DNA from: the human T2T-CHM13v2.0 reference genome, Homo sapiens
DNA: 64,000 nt
NCBI RefSeq assembly: GCF_009914755.1
Contig: NC_060942.1
Reading direction: 5' to 3' (one strand)
Shown here: positions 1-11,730 of the stretch, piece after piece
Numbering within the stretch: position 1 is the stretch's first letter
How the letters are laid out: the number at the start of each line of letters is the position of its first letter
Notes under the pieces: generated by a model
Seen by the model: the letters and a program-made list of their open reading frames with translations, nothing else
What the model was told of the DNA's origin: nothing
The model's database searches: none
Program-made: the position numbers and the translations under genes

Positions 1-120
1 CACCCTTCACTTGTCTGTGAACCTCATTCTTCCTGGACGCAGGACAAGAACTTGGGCAAAGACACCACCAGTCACAGAGGTTTCCGGAAAGAAAACTGAC
101 ACCCCAAAGATCTTGCAACA
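1..120 (+). mobile_element. 3' end of an ERV1-class LTR (MER50/LTR27-like), truncated by the window start
   Basis: U5-like text 'cacccttcacttgtctgtgaacctcattcttcctggacgcaggacaagaac...caccccaaagatcttgcaaca' ending in CA; subfamily from memory. Confidence 0.65.
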
Positions 121-1129
121 CAATCTCTACCCTAAGGAATCACATAGATCCATGAGAAGATAGGAAATATACAGAACAACTATAAGAAAAGGAGTGTCTA
201 ATGTACAGCAGGGGAAATAGGAGAAGGGATATCTGAGTGTACCAGGGAAATGCCTTCCTGCAAAGAAGTAGGGTTGGGCCTTTTTTCTTCCAGGGTGTGG
301 AGAAGTCTTCTAGACAGAGAACTGGGACAAAGGGAGGGCATTATAAAAAGGGACTCCAGCAGGAAAAAAGGCAGGGTGGCATGATCACGTACGGTGTTCA
401 GAGCACCATGAGTAATTCAACAATGATGCAGTACAAATTTCTAGAAGGGAAAGATTAAAGATGAAGCTGGTATCATTCTATGTGTGTGTGTTTAGGACTC
501 TCCCCTGTCATGCAAAGGAGTTGGATAAATTCCACAAAGTCACATGGCATGGGCTAAGACACAGGCTTTGTTGGGAAATGCGCAAACTCACAAAGCAGAG
601 GTGCATGTAGTTCTCCAGTCTTCTCTTTTTCCCCATGGAGAAGTCTGCTAGGGTATGTGATAAACATGGCATAGGTTCTACTCCAGCGGATGGAGTCTTA
701 GCCTATCTGGGTTTTTATGGATGAAGTGAGAGAAAACGTTTTTGTCAGCAGGAGAATACACAGGCTGCTTAGCACCAGGCTGGATTTGAGAAAGCCAGCT
801 GCCCTGCACCCTGGGAAATCTGGAGCAGTGGGATGTTAAAAGTTTTTCGTCTAGAAAGAGGAAGGCTGTGGTCATGTAGGAAGCTAGACTTGGGTGTTAC
901 CCTCCTGTGGAACCAGAGGATCCCCTGGGTCTCAGCTAGCTGCCTGTTTGGGCAACTCATGGTGGACCCTCAGTCTCATTTCCATACAGTGTTGCCCTTT
1001 GCATATTAGACAAGCATGTAAAGGCCAAATAATAAGGGTTTTATTGCCATGTTAAGTAGTTTTGCTTTTAACTGGTTAGGCAATAGAGACCACTAAAAAA
1101 TTTTCAGTGGCAATTTGCTCAACATGATT

Positions 1130-1680
1130 GGACTTGCAGATTAAAAAGAACAGTCCAGTAGCAGTGTGGAGGTTAGACTGGAGGGGTGTGAGACCAGAGG
1201 CAGAGAAATGAATAAGGCTAAAGAAAAAGAAGAGGAAGCTTGAGCCAGGGCATTGACAGAACACGGAAAGGAAAAGATATGAGGATATTTGGAAGTAGAA
1301 TCGATAGGCTTTCTGGCTAACAATTGGATGTGGGATAAAAGTTACAGGAGATTGCAGGAGAAATCAAGGCTAACTCCCAGGTTTCTAGCTTAGAAATCTT
1401 GGTAGACAGAGGTGCCATTAATCAAGAAGAGGGATATAGGAATGAAGGAGAATAGCTGACGATTCAGAAAGGAAGACAATGATGAATTCCATCCTGGAAA
1501 TGTTGAGTTTGATGTCTTTGGGGCACCCGTGAGGTGGTGTCCATATGCAGTTGGATTTACGGATTCAGGTCTCGGAAGGAAGACCTTGCCTGGAATATAG
1601 ATTTGAGAATCTCCAGAATATAAGTGTAGGCTGAAGGTTATGATGGGGGAAGAAACAGTACATGAGTGTAAGCATAAGGC
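1130..1680 (-). mobile_element. L2 LINE fragment
   Basis: Purine-rich L2 antisense hallmarks 'tcaaggctaactcccaggtttctagctt', 'atgttgagtttgatgtc', 'atatagatttgagaatc'; ends approximate. Confidence 0.7.
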
Positions 1681-1894
1681 CCCCCCAAAAACTGCCAGAA
1701 TACTGACACTGAGTTATTATGGCAGCCCCAACCCAACGTCAAGAAGAGCAACTCAGTGCATCTTAGGAAAAGGCTTAGAATCCTCTAGAGTTTGTGGGAA
1801 AAAGGACTTCATTTGGGAAGGGACCACCAGTGACAGAACAATGAAGAGAATGCTCTAGTTCTCTAAATTACTTATCATGGATTAAGAAAAAAAT

Positions 1895-2110
1895 AGTAAT
1901 GACAATTCTTCCTACTGCTTTTGAGAGTCTATTTTGAGTCAGGTAGGTGCTTTTCACATATTACCTCACTTGACTCTCACAACATCCCTGTTAGGTAGTT
2001 TCATTAGCTTCATTTTATTGATGAAGATATTGACATTCAGAGAGATTACCTCACTTGCCTAAAGTGACAAGTTACTAAATGGTAGAGCTGGGATTTGCAT
2101 CGAGAACCCC
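1895..2110 (-). mobile_element. MIR SINE
   Basis: MIR core in antisense: 'cattttattgatgaagatattgacattcagagagattacctcacttgcctaaagtgac...ggtagagctgggatttg'. Confidence 0.7.
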
Positions 2111-2556
2111 ATCAATAGTGCACCTTTCACTCTAAGCATGGGGTAAAAATTCATCCCTGAAATGCTTTGGGTCAGTTTCGTGGTGGAGAAAGCACCAGCC
2201 CAAGGACCTGGTGTCAAGTCTTGGCAGTGCCCAGGTCGGCTCTTTGTCATTGGGTGTACCCCTTACCCTCTCTGAGAGGGGCAGTTCTCAGAAAATGATT
2301 GCAAGGAGCATAGGGCAGGGGTTGACACCTAAAGTCACAATAAGGTCAGGTAAGGAGAGGGAATATGGCCAAACCAGGAGCTGAGAAAGAGGCCTGCAGG
2401 GCAGTACACTTCTCCCAGAGCCATCTACCCACGTCAGGAAATTTAGATTGAAGTTACTATTAGGGCAGCCTCAGGGAGGAAAAGACTGCACCAAAGAGCA
2501 GCCTTCTATGTGCCAGGGGATGGGTGGGTATTAATATCTCCCTCCTTGTCCCCCAG

Positions 2557-2824
2557 CCGTGTAGAGCTGGATGGAGTGGACAACTTGATAAAAGATTACC
2601 CACCTAGCACTGCCCCATGAGCCTTGCTTCATCATGGTGCTGGATGCAGGGCAGGGAGAGCGTACTTTCCTCGCTGTGGCCCTTGGGCTGGTGCTGGCTT
2701 CCATCTTAGTGGTGGTAGCCTGTCTCTGTTTCATGTGGTCCTCAGTGGCCTCCCTGTCCTTCACATCCTATTTTCTGATGACTGTCACTGGGTTCACTGC
2801 AAATGGGTTCATGGTTTTCCAAAG
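2557..2824 (+). pseudogene. Candidate decayed coding exon (hydrophobic membrane-protein-like segment), family not recognised
   Basis: Polypyrimidine tract plus CAG acceptor (AG 2555-2556), AAG|GTAAAA donor (GT 2825-2826); open end to end if one A is removed from the A-run at 2590-2593. Confidence 0.35.
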
Positions 2825-3059
2825 GTAAAACAAACATGAGAACAGCTCAGTAGTTAGAGGACCTGATGAGTGTTAAAATATAAGTTTACAACACGTCTCT
2901 CCGGTCAGGAAAGCACCAGGTGTATGTGAGTTACACTAAGAACAAGCTACACCTGCCATTAGAATGTCTGTAATACATGCAGAGAGATGGTAAAGACTTC
3001 AGCTATGAACCCGAATGGTGGTGATCACTGTGCTTGCTGATCATTGGTAGTAATTAATG

Positions 3060-3295
3060 ATGATGATGATCATGTCTAACATTTAATGAGCACTATGTGT
3101 CACACACTATTCTATGTGCCTTACATATAAAAATGACTCTTCATAACCTACTCCTGTGAGGTAGGTGTAACCACTATCACTATAAAAAGAGGCACAGAAA
3201 GGTAAGATAACTTACTCAGGGCTGCACAGCTAGTAAGTTTTAGAACCTGGATTGGTACCCAAGACTGTCTTTTGCTAGAGCTTAGGCTCTAAACC
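3060..3295 (-). mobile_element. MIR SINE
   Basis: 'gaggcacagaaaggtaagataacttactcagggctgcacagctagtaagt' MIR core, antisense. Confidence 0.75.
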
Positions 3296-3331
3296 TCTCT
3301 GCTAAGCTATTATTCCAGTATACAAACTGCA

Positions 3332-3754
3332 TGTTATGGGTTGAATTGTGTCCTCCAAGAAGACATTTTCAAGTCCTAACACCTGGTACCTGTGACTGTG
3401 ACCTTATTTGGATACAGGGTCTTTTATTGCAGATGTAATCAAGTTACAATGAGGTCACATTAGAGTAGGGTGGGTTCTAACAAATATGACCATTAACCTT
3501 AGAAGAGAAGAGGAAAGACACAGACACAGAGTGAAGACATGGGAAGATGGAGGCAGAGACTGGAGTTATGCTGTAGAAGCCGACGAATGCCTGGGGCTAC
3601 CAGAATCTGGAAGAGGCAAGCAAAGATCCTTCCTTAGAGAATTTGGGGGAAGCAGGTCTCAGCAAAACCTCCAGAATGTCAGAAAACAAATTTCCGTTGT
3701 TTTAAGCCACCTGACTTTGGCATTTTGTTATGGCAGCCCAAAGAAACAAATCCA
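3332..3754 (+). mobile_element. MaLR solo LTR (MLT1B/C-like)
   Basis: Begins 'tgttatgggttgaattgtgtcc', ends 'ttgttatggcagcccaaagaaacaaatcca'. Confidence 0.85.
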
Positions 3755-3996
3755 GCGCGTATCATTCACAAAAGTGGGGAAGACATCTTCACAGGGCCCA
3801 TGCTCCAGTGGTTCTGTGCAGGCCAATGTGGTTTATACCTCCATTTACAGGGGCTGATTCTCTCCATGACATATGCTTGCATCTAACATTTATAAAATTT
3901 ACAGTCTACAAAACATTTTTACTTATCCTACCTGTGATTGTCATAACCATCAGGGCAGATACTACCAACAGTTGAAAAACTTTTTAAAACTAGACT

Positions 3997-4135
3997 TTAT
4001 TTTTATTATTTATTTATTTATATTTCAATAATTTTTGGGATACGGATGGTTTTTGGTTACATGAATGAGTTCTTTAGTGGTGAATTCTGAGATCTTAGTG
4101 TACTCATCACCTGAGCACTATATGCTGTATCCAAA
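3997..4135 (-). mobile_element. Short L1 3'-end fragment (L1PB-like)
   Basis: T-rich tail followed by 'ggtttttggttacatgaatgagttctttagtggtga...ctgagat'. Confidence 0.7.
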
Positions 4136-4146
4136 ATGTTTAGGCA

Positions 4147-5085
4147 TTATTTTTTTGGAGTAGTTTTAGGTTTACAGCAAAAATGAGTGGAAAGTATAGA
4201 GATATACCCATCTACTCCTGCCCCCACACATGCACAGCCTCCTCCACTATCAACTTCCCCTGCCAGAGTAGTACATTTGTTACAATTGGTGAATCTACAC
4301 TGACACATCCTTATCACCCAAAGTCCACGGGTTACATCAGGGTTCACTTTGGGGTTGTACAGTCTATGTTTTGACAAATATATAATGATATGTACTCATC
4401 ATTATAGTATCATACTCTCCCCCCTACCCCCGGCAACCACTGATCATTTTACTGTCTCCATAGTCTTGCCTCTAGAGTTCACGGGAAGGAGTACTTCACT
4501 GGGGAAGAGGCCACCAGTGACAGAACAAATGAAGTGAACACTCTAGTTCTCTTAATTACTTATGTCCTGGATTAAGAAAAAAATATTAATAGTAGCCATA
4601 ATTCCTCCTACTGGTTCTGAGAGTCTATTTTGAGTCAGATGGGAGGTTTTTTTTGCATATTATTAATACCTCACTTGACTCTCACAACATCTCTTGCCTT
4701 TTTCAGTATGCCATGTAGTTGGGATCATACAGTATGTTGCCATTTCAGATAGACTTCTTTCACTTAGTAATATGCAGTTAAGCTTCCCTCCTGTCTTTTC
4801 ATGGCTTGATATTACATTTCTTTTTTGCACTGAATAGCATTTTATTGTCTGGATATCCTGCAGTTTATTTATCCATTCACCCACTAAAGGACATCTTGGT
4901 TGCTTCCAAGTGTTGACAATTATGAATAAAGATGCTAAAAACATCCGTGTACGGGTTTTTGTGTGGACATCCGTTTTCAAGCTGGTATTTGGGTAAATAC
5001 CAAGGAGTGCAATTGCTGCATCATATGGTGAGAGGATGCTTAGTTTTGGAAGAAATTGCCAAACTGTCTTCCAAAGTGGCTGTAA
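4147..5085 (-). mobile_element. L1MC-type 3' region, interrupted by a local templated insertion at 4469-4691
   Basis: ORF 4663..5088(-) reads as L1 ORF2 C-terminus (QPLWKTVWQFL..WKQPRCP..EWINKL); collinear with a second copy at 30215 onward. Confidence 0.85.
4469..4691 (+). repeat. Diverged direct copy of 1782-1986
   Basis: Shared blocks 'cctctagagtt', 'ccaccagtgacagaacaa', 'tggattaagaaaaaaata', 'tgagagtctattttgagtcag', 'tacctcacttgactctcacaacatc' in the same order. Confidence 0.95.
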
Positions 5086-6214
5086 CAAATACGGTTTTTA
5101 TTTGGTGGATGAGCAAAGGGTTCATGGAGGTGAATAAATTAGTCTAAGACTGGACAATATGCAGGGACTTCTACCCAATGTCTTCCTGTGTTGCTTCTCA
5201 CCCAATGCTCAACCTAAGCAGGAGCCTGGAGGCTGGGCCAAAGGTTCTGATGTGAAGATATCACACTGGGTTCTAGGTTTATTGGTCACATTTTGGACCC
5301 TTACTCTATTCCCACAAACCTGTTCCACCCACAGCTTTCCTCATTGAAGTTGAGGGGAACTCTACCCTTCTAGTTCCATAGGTTAAAAACCCTGGAGTCA
5401 GCCTCAATCTCTTTTCTTCTTTCACGCCCTATATTTATTCTTTCAAAAAATCCTGAAGACTCTTTCTTCAAAATGTATCCAGATTCTGAACCTTTAGTGC
5501 TGCCACCTTAGTTCCAGCAATTATTAGTGGCAGGGTTAACTATCACCATATCTTCCTATGTACTAAGCACTGTGTCTTGCACTTATAATTTTATACATCT
5601 GATATTTGGAAGAATTTTACACAGACTAGCTTCTGGATCTGTACATTTCAAACCTTGTTTTTCCTCTCCATCCACTTATTTCCAAGGTCAAGTGCTGCAG
5701 AACACTTTCATATCAGATGCCACTTCCAGTGGGACTTCCTGCCACGGTGCCAGGTGAGTTGGCCCAGTGGATGGCAGTATTCCCAGAAGCCATTTTTTAC
5801 ACGAGGATGGCAGGAAAGACCATGAACCACATAAATAAATTCACTAAACTCAAACCAAATGTATCTCCAACTCGTTTCCTCCTTAGCTGGATCCCCAAAA
5901 TTCTCCTTGTCCCTCCAACAGGAGGGGAAATGTAATGGAGGTGAAGTTGGAATGCAAAGAAACAGAACTCTTAACCAATAGCAATTGCAATATCTTGCTT
6001 TTGAAAGTTTTACACATTCTATGGTTAAGTTTCTCCCACACCTTGGAAAAACACCTTTGCAATTGAAGGGTCCCAGAACTTACCTTTCATTAGCTTCATG
6101 GTAAGTCAGCTTCTGGTATATTTTAAATTGCAACCTGATCCTTTCCCCCAGACCTCCCCATTCAACTTATCTGCTTTTCCTGTTGTCATAGCACCTCCAT
6201 CCTTTAGGTACCGT

Positions 6215-6406
6215 ATAAATTATCCATTATGTCTGCCTTCGGTAGAATATAAGCTTCATGAGGGCAAGAATCTTTGCTTGTTTTGTTAACTGATGTTTCT
6301 CAAGTGCCTAGAACAAGGCCAGGTGCATGGTAGGTGCTCCATAAAGATTTGTGGATAAATAAATACAATAAAGAATGCATAATGCATACACGAGTGAGTG
6401 AATGAA
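6215..6406 (+). mobile_element. L2 3' end
   Basis: 'tagaatataagcttcatgagggcaagaatc...gtgcctagaacaaggccagg...taggtgctccataaagatttgtgg...tgaatgaa'. Confidence 0.8.
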
Positions 6407-6775
6407 CCAAAGGTAATCTAGGATCAGAACTGTGATGATCTAGGACTTCTAAATTTAAAACTTTGAGTTATATTCCACTCATTTCCACTTAACCTTGGCC
6501 ATGTCAATGAACCTTTCTGGGCCTTTGCTTTCTCGTGTATGAAATTAGGTGGTTATGTATTCATTTAATTAATATCTATTGCAACCCAATTATGGTCAAG
6601 GCATTCAAAGATACTTCCTTGCATACAAGTGGTACCACTCAAAATGCAGAATTCAGCGGCCTCAAAAGTCCCGCCTCTTCCAAGCCCCGCCCACCGCAGT
6701 CCATCTTTAGGCCCCGCCCCAATTCGGCTCAGCCCGCCCCAGCGTAGAGGCACCACCTTTCCTCGCTGCAGTCAT

Positions 6776-6794
6776 CCAATAGCCAAGATACACG
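6776..6794 (+). promoter_or_regulatory. ERSE-like element, CCAAT-N9-ACACG (consensus CCAAT-N9-CCACG)
   Basis: ccaat agccaagat acacg: exact 9-nt spacer, one mismatch. Confidence 0.45.
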
Positions 6795-7017
6795 GCTAGG
6801 TGATTTGCGAGCGGGAGTTAGGTGTCCTCTTGGCGCCTGACCAGAGTCGGGAAATTCAGCTCCTCTTGAGTAGTCCCTTCCCCGAGTTGCCCCCCGAGGT
6901 ATGCGGGGTCACTCGCTGCTCGATGTTCCCTCCGAAGGGTCGGACAAGGCTCCGGAGCCCTGTAGCTGCCCTCCCTAGGAGCCCCGGGTCTTCACTGGCC
7001 GAGGTGCCCACCCCGCA

Positions 7018-7036
7018 GCATTCTGGGAGTGGTAGT
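7018..7036 (-). promoter_or_regulatory. ZNF143/THAP11-type (SBS/ACTACA) motif
   Basis: Reverse complement reads ACTACCACTCCCAGAATGC, close to ACTACAnnTCCCAGAATGC. Confidence 0.7.
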
Positions 7037-7086
7037 TTTCTTCCTTCAGGTTCATTCCTGGCTGGCCAGTGCCCAAGACTGGCGAG

Positions 7087-7104
7087 ACTACGATTCCCAG
7101 ACGC
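7087..7104 (+). promoter_or_regulatory. Second ZNF143/THAP11-type motif
   Basis: ACTACGATTCCCAGACGC. Confidence 0.6.
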
Positions 7105-7119
7105 CCAAGCGAGTCGCCG

Positions 7120-7129
7120 GTCACGTGGC
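7120..7129. promoter_or_regulatory. E-box GTCACGTGGC (USF/TFE3-type; contains ACGTGGC)
   Basis: CACGTG at 7122-7127, about 100 nt upstream of the ATG. Confidence 0.6.
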
Positions 7130-7228
7130 CGCAAGGACGCTGGGCCGGTGGGCGGGGGCCGGCAGGTGCTCCGCAGCCGTCTGTGCCACCCAGAGCCGGC
7201 GGGCCGCTAGGTCCCCGGAGACCCTGCT

Positions 7229-7315
7229 ATGGTGCGTGCGGGCGCCGTGGGGGCTCATCTCCCCGCGTCCGGCTTGGATATCTTCGGGGACCTGAAGAAG
7301 ATGAACAAGCGCCAG
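7229..7315 (+). CDS. SEC11C: SEC11C coding exon 1 (aa 1-29)
   Basis: gctATGG start; MVRAGAVGAHLPASGLDIFGDLKKMNKRQ; donor CAG|GTGACG; phase 0. Confidence 0.97.
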
Positions 7316-10094
7316 GTGACGGAGGAGGGTGGTGAGCGCGCCGTGGCCGGGACCGCCTGTGCTAGCGGGGAGTCGGGGCTTCCCAGTCAGGGCTCCGGCT
7401 CCCAGTGAATGCGGCCGGGCGGCCACCCGAAGCTCCCGCGCTGGGCTCTCAGGCCCTGGGTTCTACGCCTACGTGTGGGCATGGGTGTGCACTTCCTTGC
7501 CCTGACAAGAGCACAATTAGGGGAGGGTGCAGGAAAGGGGAGAATAGAAACCCCGTGCCATGGAATGTCAAATGTGGTTGAGAATGCCACAGCCACGCTT
7601 GTGGGAGAGATGACTCGGTGAACGACAGCTCTCTGAGCGTATTTGAAGGGCCACCCGGTGAAGAGGGAACCGATTTCTCTGTGGGGCTTCAGAGGCCTGA
7701 CTGCCGGCAGGTGGAAGAGGCAGAAAGGCAGGCGAGAGGGAAGAACTTTCCTACAACGGGAGCTGTCCAGCGATGCCTCCCAAAGCAGTTTCTTCCCAGC
7801 CTGGGCAGTTGTTTTTCCCCTGACCGTGGGTCGGGACTAAATAATGCTCCTTGTGCCTAGAGAGCTCACAAGCTGTGCGCAATCATTGTGGACTCAACCA
7901 GTGTTCCCAGCGAGATTCCAGAAGCCTTCTCTAACTTCTGAGATGGCTGCACTCTGAATATAGGAGGCAGTGTAGGGTCTTTGGGCAGCTGGGGTGGTTG
8001 AATTCCCTCTCCTTTGTGAGAGGACCTCAGAGGAAAACGTTCCTCTTGCTCTCTTTTTAGCCACTTATTGGCCATCATCACTGTCTTTGGGGCCTTATCT
8101 CTTCACTATAAGGTTAAGAGTGAGTAGGGATTGGAAAGGAAGCCCTCTCAGTCAGGAAAAATACGACTATGTAGGCTTCTAGGTAGAGAATTTGGGGGAC
8201 CTGTAGGACCTGAATATCACGGTGGATACTAATGCCACTATTGCTACTAATAAATTGTGCTAAGAAAAATGGGACCTTCCAACCAGGGAGTTTTGATTGT
8301 CTTTGAAAATGGTATTAATCCTCATTATTTTGATGGCATCCAGTTTCATTTGCTCCATCATGTTGAGATGTGGGGTGGTGCCCATGGGAGGTCACAGCTT
8401 ACTCCTTTAGGCATACGTGTTTTTCCCCTCTCACTCTCCTCCCCCTTCCCCAAGTAGAATTTCAGACTAGTGCAGTAGTGTGGGAAAGTTTGATAATTTC
8501 TATTTCATCAACCGTGTTTAGGATGTGGTAGTGTCTAGGTGTGCAAAGCTGATGACTCCTGTTTCTGGAAGATGAGTTGTAGTAGAGATTATCACCAGCT
8601 TAAAAAAGTAACTGCTAATGTCCTGAGCATTGATGCTGTTCACAAGAATATCCTCCAGGAAGCAGAGCTTTGTTTAAAAATCTAGACTTAATGGCTGGGT
8701 TTTTAAAGTGTCTCTAAAATTGGTACTGATTACTGATGGCTATAATTGCAGACTGTCAGAAAAGGCCCTCTGATGAGTGTATTGATCCCTAAACCAGTTT
8801 GCCCTTTGAAAGATCAGTGTGTTTTTGCTCTCAGCGATAAGGCCTGCCAGTAGCTGGCTGTATTGCCTGTTTTGCTAGTCTTCTAATTAAAATTCAGCAA
8901 GCTCAAATCTACTGCTTCTTGGTACTTTTTAAAAAAGCTTTGTCTTTTTTTTTTTTTCTCTTCTTCCCTCCAAAATAGCATCTTATGACACTTTGTCAGG
9001 CCTGCATGCTCCACCAGTCTTGAAAGCAGGACCTTCTTTCTCTGCTGCCCCTGCTTACTATTAAAGCAGGACCCACATGCAACACAAGGGCTCTTTGTTT
9101 CTGCAGTGAGGAAGAGAGGAAGAAATACAGCTACTGGCAGTGCTGCTGCTGTCAGCCAGAATATTTGATCTGAAATGTTTGCTTAAAACTCTTAGACATT
9201 GGCTGTTTCATCATTGGTTGACAATGACTGAGTATGGACTTAGTTCTACACTCTGCTGTGAGCATTAAGTGCTGAGCATACAAAGTTGGTAGGCAAAGGT
9301 GAACAACAACAAAAGCACCTGTGAAACATGGTGGTGGTTTTTTTTTTCCAGACCGCAGTCAGCTTGTCAGTAGTTCAATCAAAATTACTTTTCTGGATTC
9401 CAGGATTTTATGCCTAGAATCTGATTCGTAGGTTTCTTAAAGTTAAGGTGTTAAAAGTGTGATCTGTGGTTTCTTAGTTTGATTTTTATATTTTTGTGTA
9501 TTTGGACATTTCCTTAGCAGGTAGATGGCTTGCTCAAAGGAAGTTTTTTTGAGGAATTGATTTTGCTTTCCCTTAATGAACTTTTCAAGCATGGGAAATT
9601 ATACTGGAAAATATATTCTTGGTACAAGTTCTTTACTGGCTAAGTGGCAAGATTTTATCGGGGTGGAGCCAGATGACTTGAAAACTTGTCTGAAAACGGC
9701 AATCGTTGTTTAAAACCATGGTTTGGGGCTTTCCTCATCAGATCTGTAATTCATAATGAAACAGCGGTTATTTATCAAATCCTTTAAGTCAGGCAGAGCC
9801 GGTGGGGAGGTTTTTGAATGTAAATTCCAGTGAACAGCTTCTGCTTTAGAGTGACGTGACTTGTAAGGCTGATTTTACTTTAGAAGCAGTGTTTTGTTGT
9901 TGTTGTTGGAATCTCAATATTTATTGAATGAAGACATGAATGTTTTATCTCTTCTAACGGCTCACTTCTTTGCATTCTTAAGTATTTGCTTTGTGATCTT
10001 TGATTTTTTCCGTTATGCTCTTTGAGCTTATGGTGAAATGGTGTAAAGGCTTTGATTGTTTCATGGCAACTTTCTGGTAAATATTCTTCATTTG

Positions 10095-10200
10095 ATGAGG
10101 GATAAAAGACTACATATTGGGTACAGTGTACACTGCTCCGGTGACAGCTGCACTAAAATCTTAGAAATCACCACTAAAGAACTTAATCCATGGAACCAGA
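10095..10200 (+). mobile_element. L1 3'-UTR fragment (L1PB-like)
   Basis: 'ggataaaagactacatattgggtacagtgtacactgctccggtgac...aatcaccactaaagaactta'. Confidence 0.75.
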
Positions 10201-10337
10201 AGAAGCAATGGTTTAACATATTATAGCCCAACACTTTGTCAATGTCTGCTTAGCACTCCAGTTTCCTTTTTCACTCTCCTGGGAATATAGTGATAGTTTC
10301 ATAATTTGCTATTGACACAGTAGCCAAGTCGCTTTTA

Positions 10338-10676
<339 letters not shown>

Positions 10677-10924
10677 TTATATTTATTTTCCTATTTTGAT
10701 TTATTGCACCAAAATACATTAACAATTATCTTAATTCATTTATGTCCTCACTTTCAGTTGTATCCTTCATTATTGCCTCAAATTACCTATTTTTACAGTT
10801 TTAACATTAGCAAGAGACAGTTCTGAGCTCTGCTTTTCCTACATCAGTCAGAGTTTGTTTTCAGAATAGAGAATAGTTTAAAGAAGAAAAGTCAATGACT
10901 CATAATTTCACTATCCTAAAATAG

Positions 10925-11527
<603 letters not shown>

Positions 11528-11730
11528 TAATTCTCAACCTGCCTTTAGTTTATACTGAATTCCTAGAAGTAGGATTATGGGCCAAGAGTAACCTCTTAAT
11601 ACTAATGCCAAATAGCTTTCAGAATGGTTTATCAATTTGTATCCCCATCACAGTGTATTCTTGCTAGCACTAAGTATTAGTATTAACAACAACAATAAAA
11701 AAACCAGACACTTTAAATTTCTTAGGCAAA

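Larger units (their letters stand above)
6650..7480. promoter_or_regulatory. CpG-island promoter of SEC11C with GC boxes and CCAAT box
   Basis: Sharp rise in CpG density; CCCGCCC boxes near 6685, 6712 and 6733; CCAAT at 6776-6780; spans exon 1. Confidence 0.9.

Noticed and set aside
3730-3975. Possible next exon for the candidate fossil exon at 2557-2824
   Set aside because: Weak acceptor, begins in an MLT1 LTR end, no donor or protein similarity that I can support
6800-7621. Several overlapping 69-136 aa ORFs on both strands around exon 1
   Set aside because: GC-rich CpG-island sequence is poor in stop codons; many have non-ATG starts and none resembles a protein. The real frame is 7229-7315.
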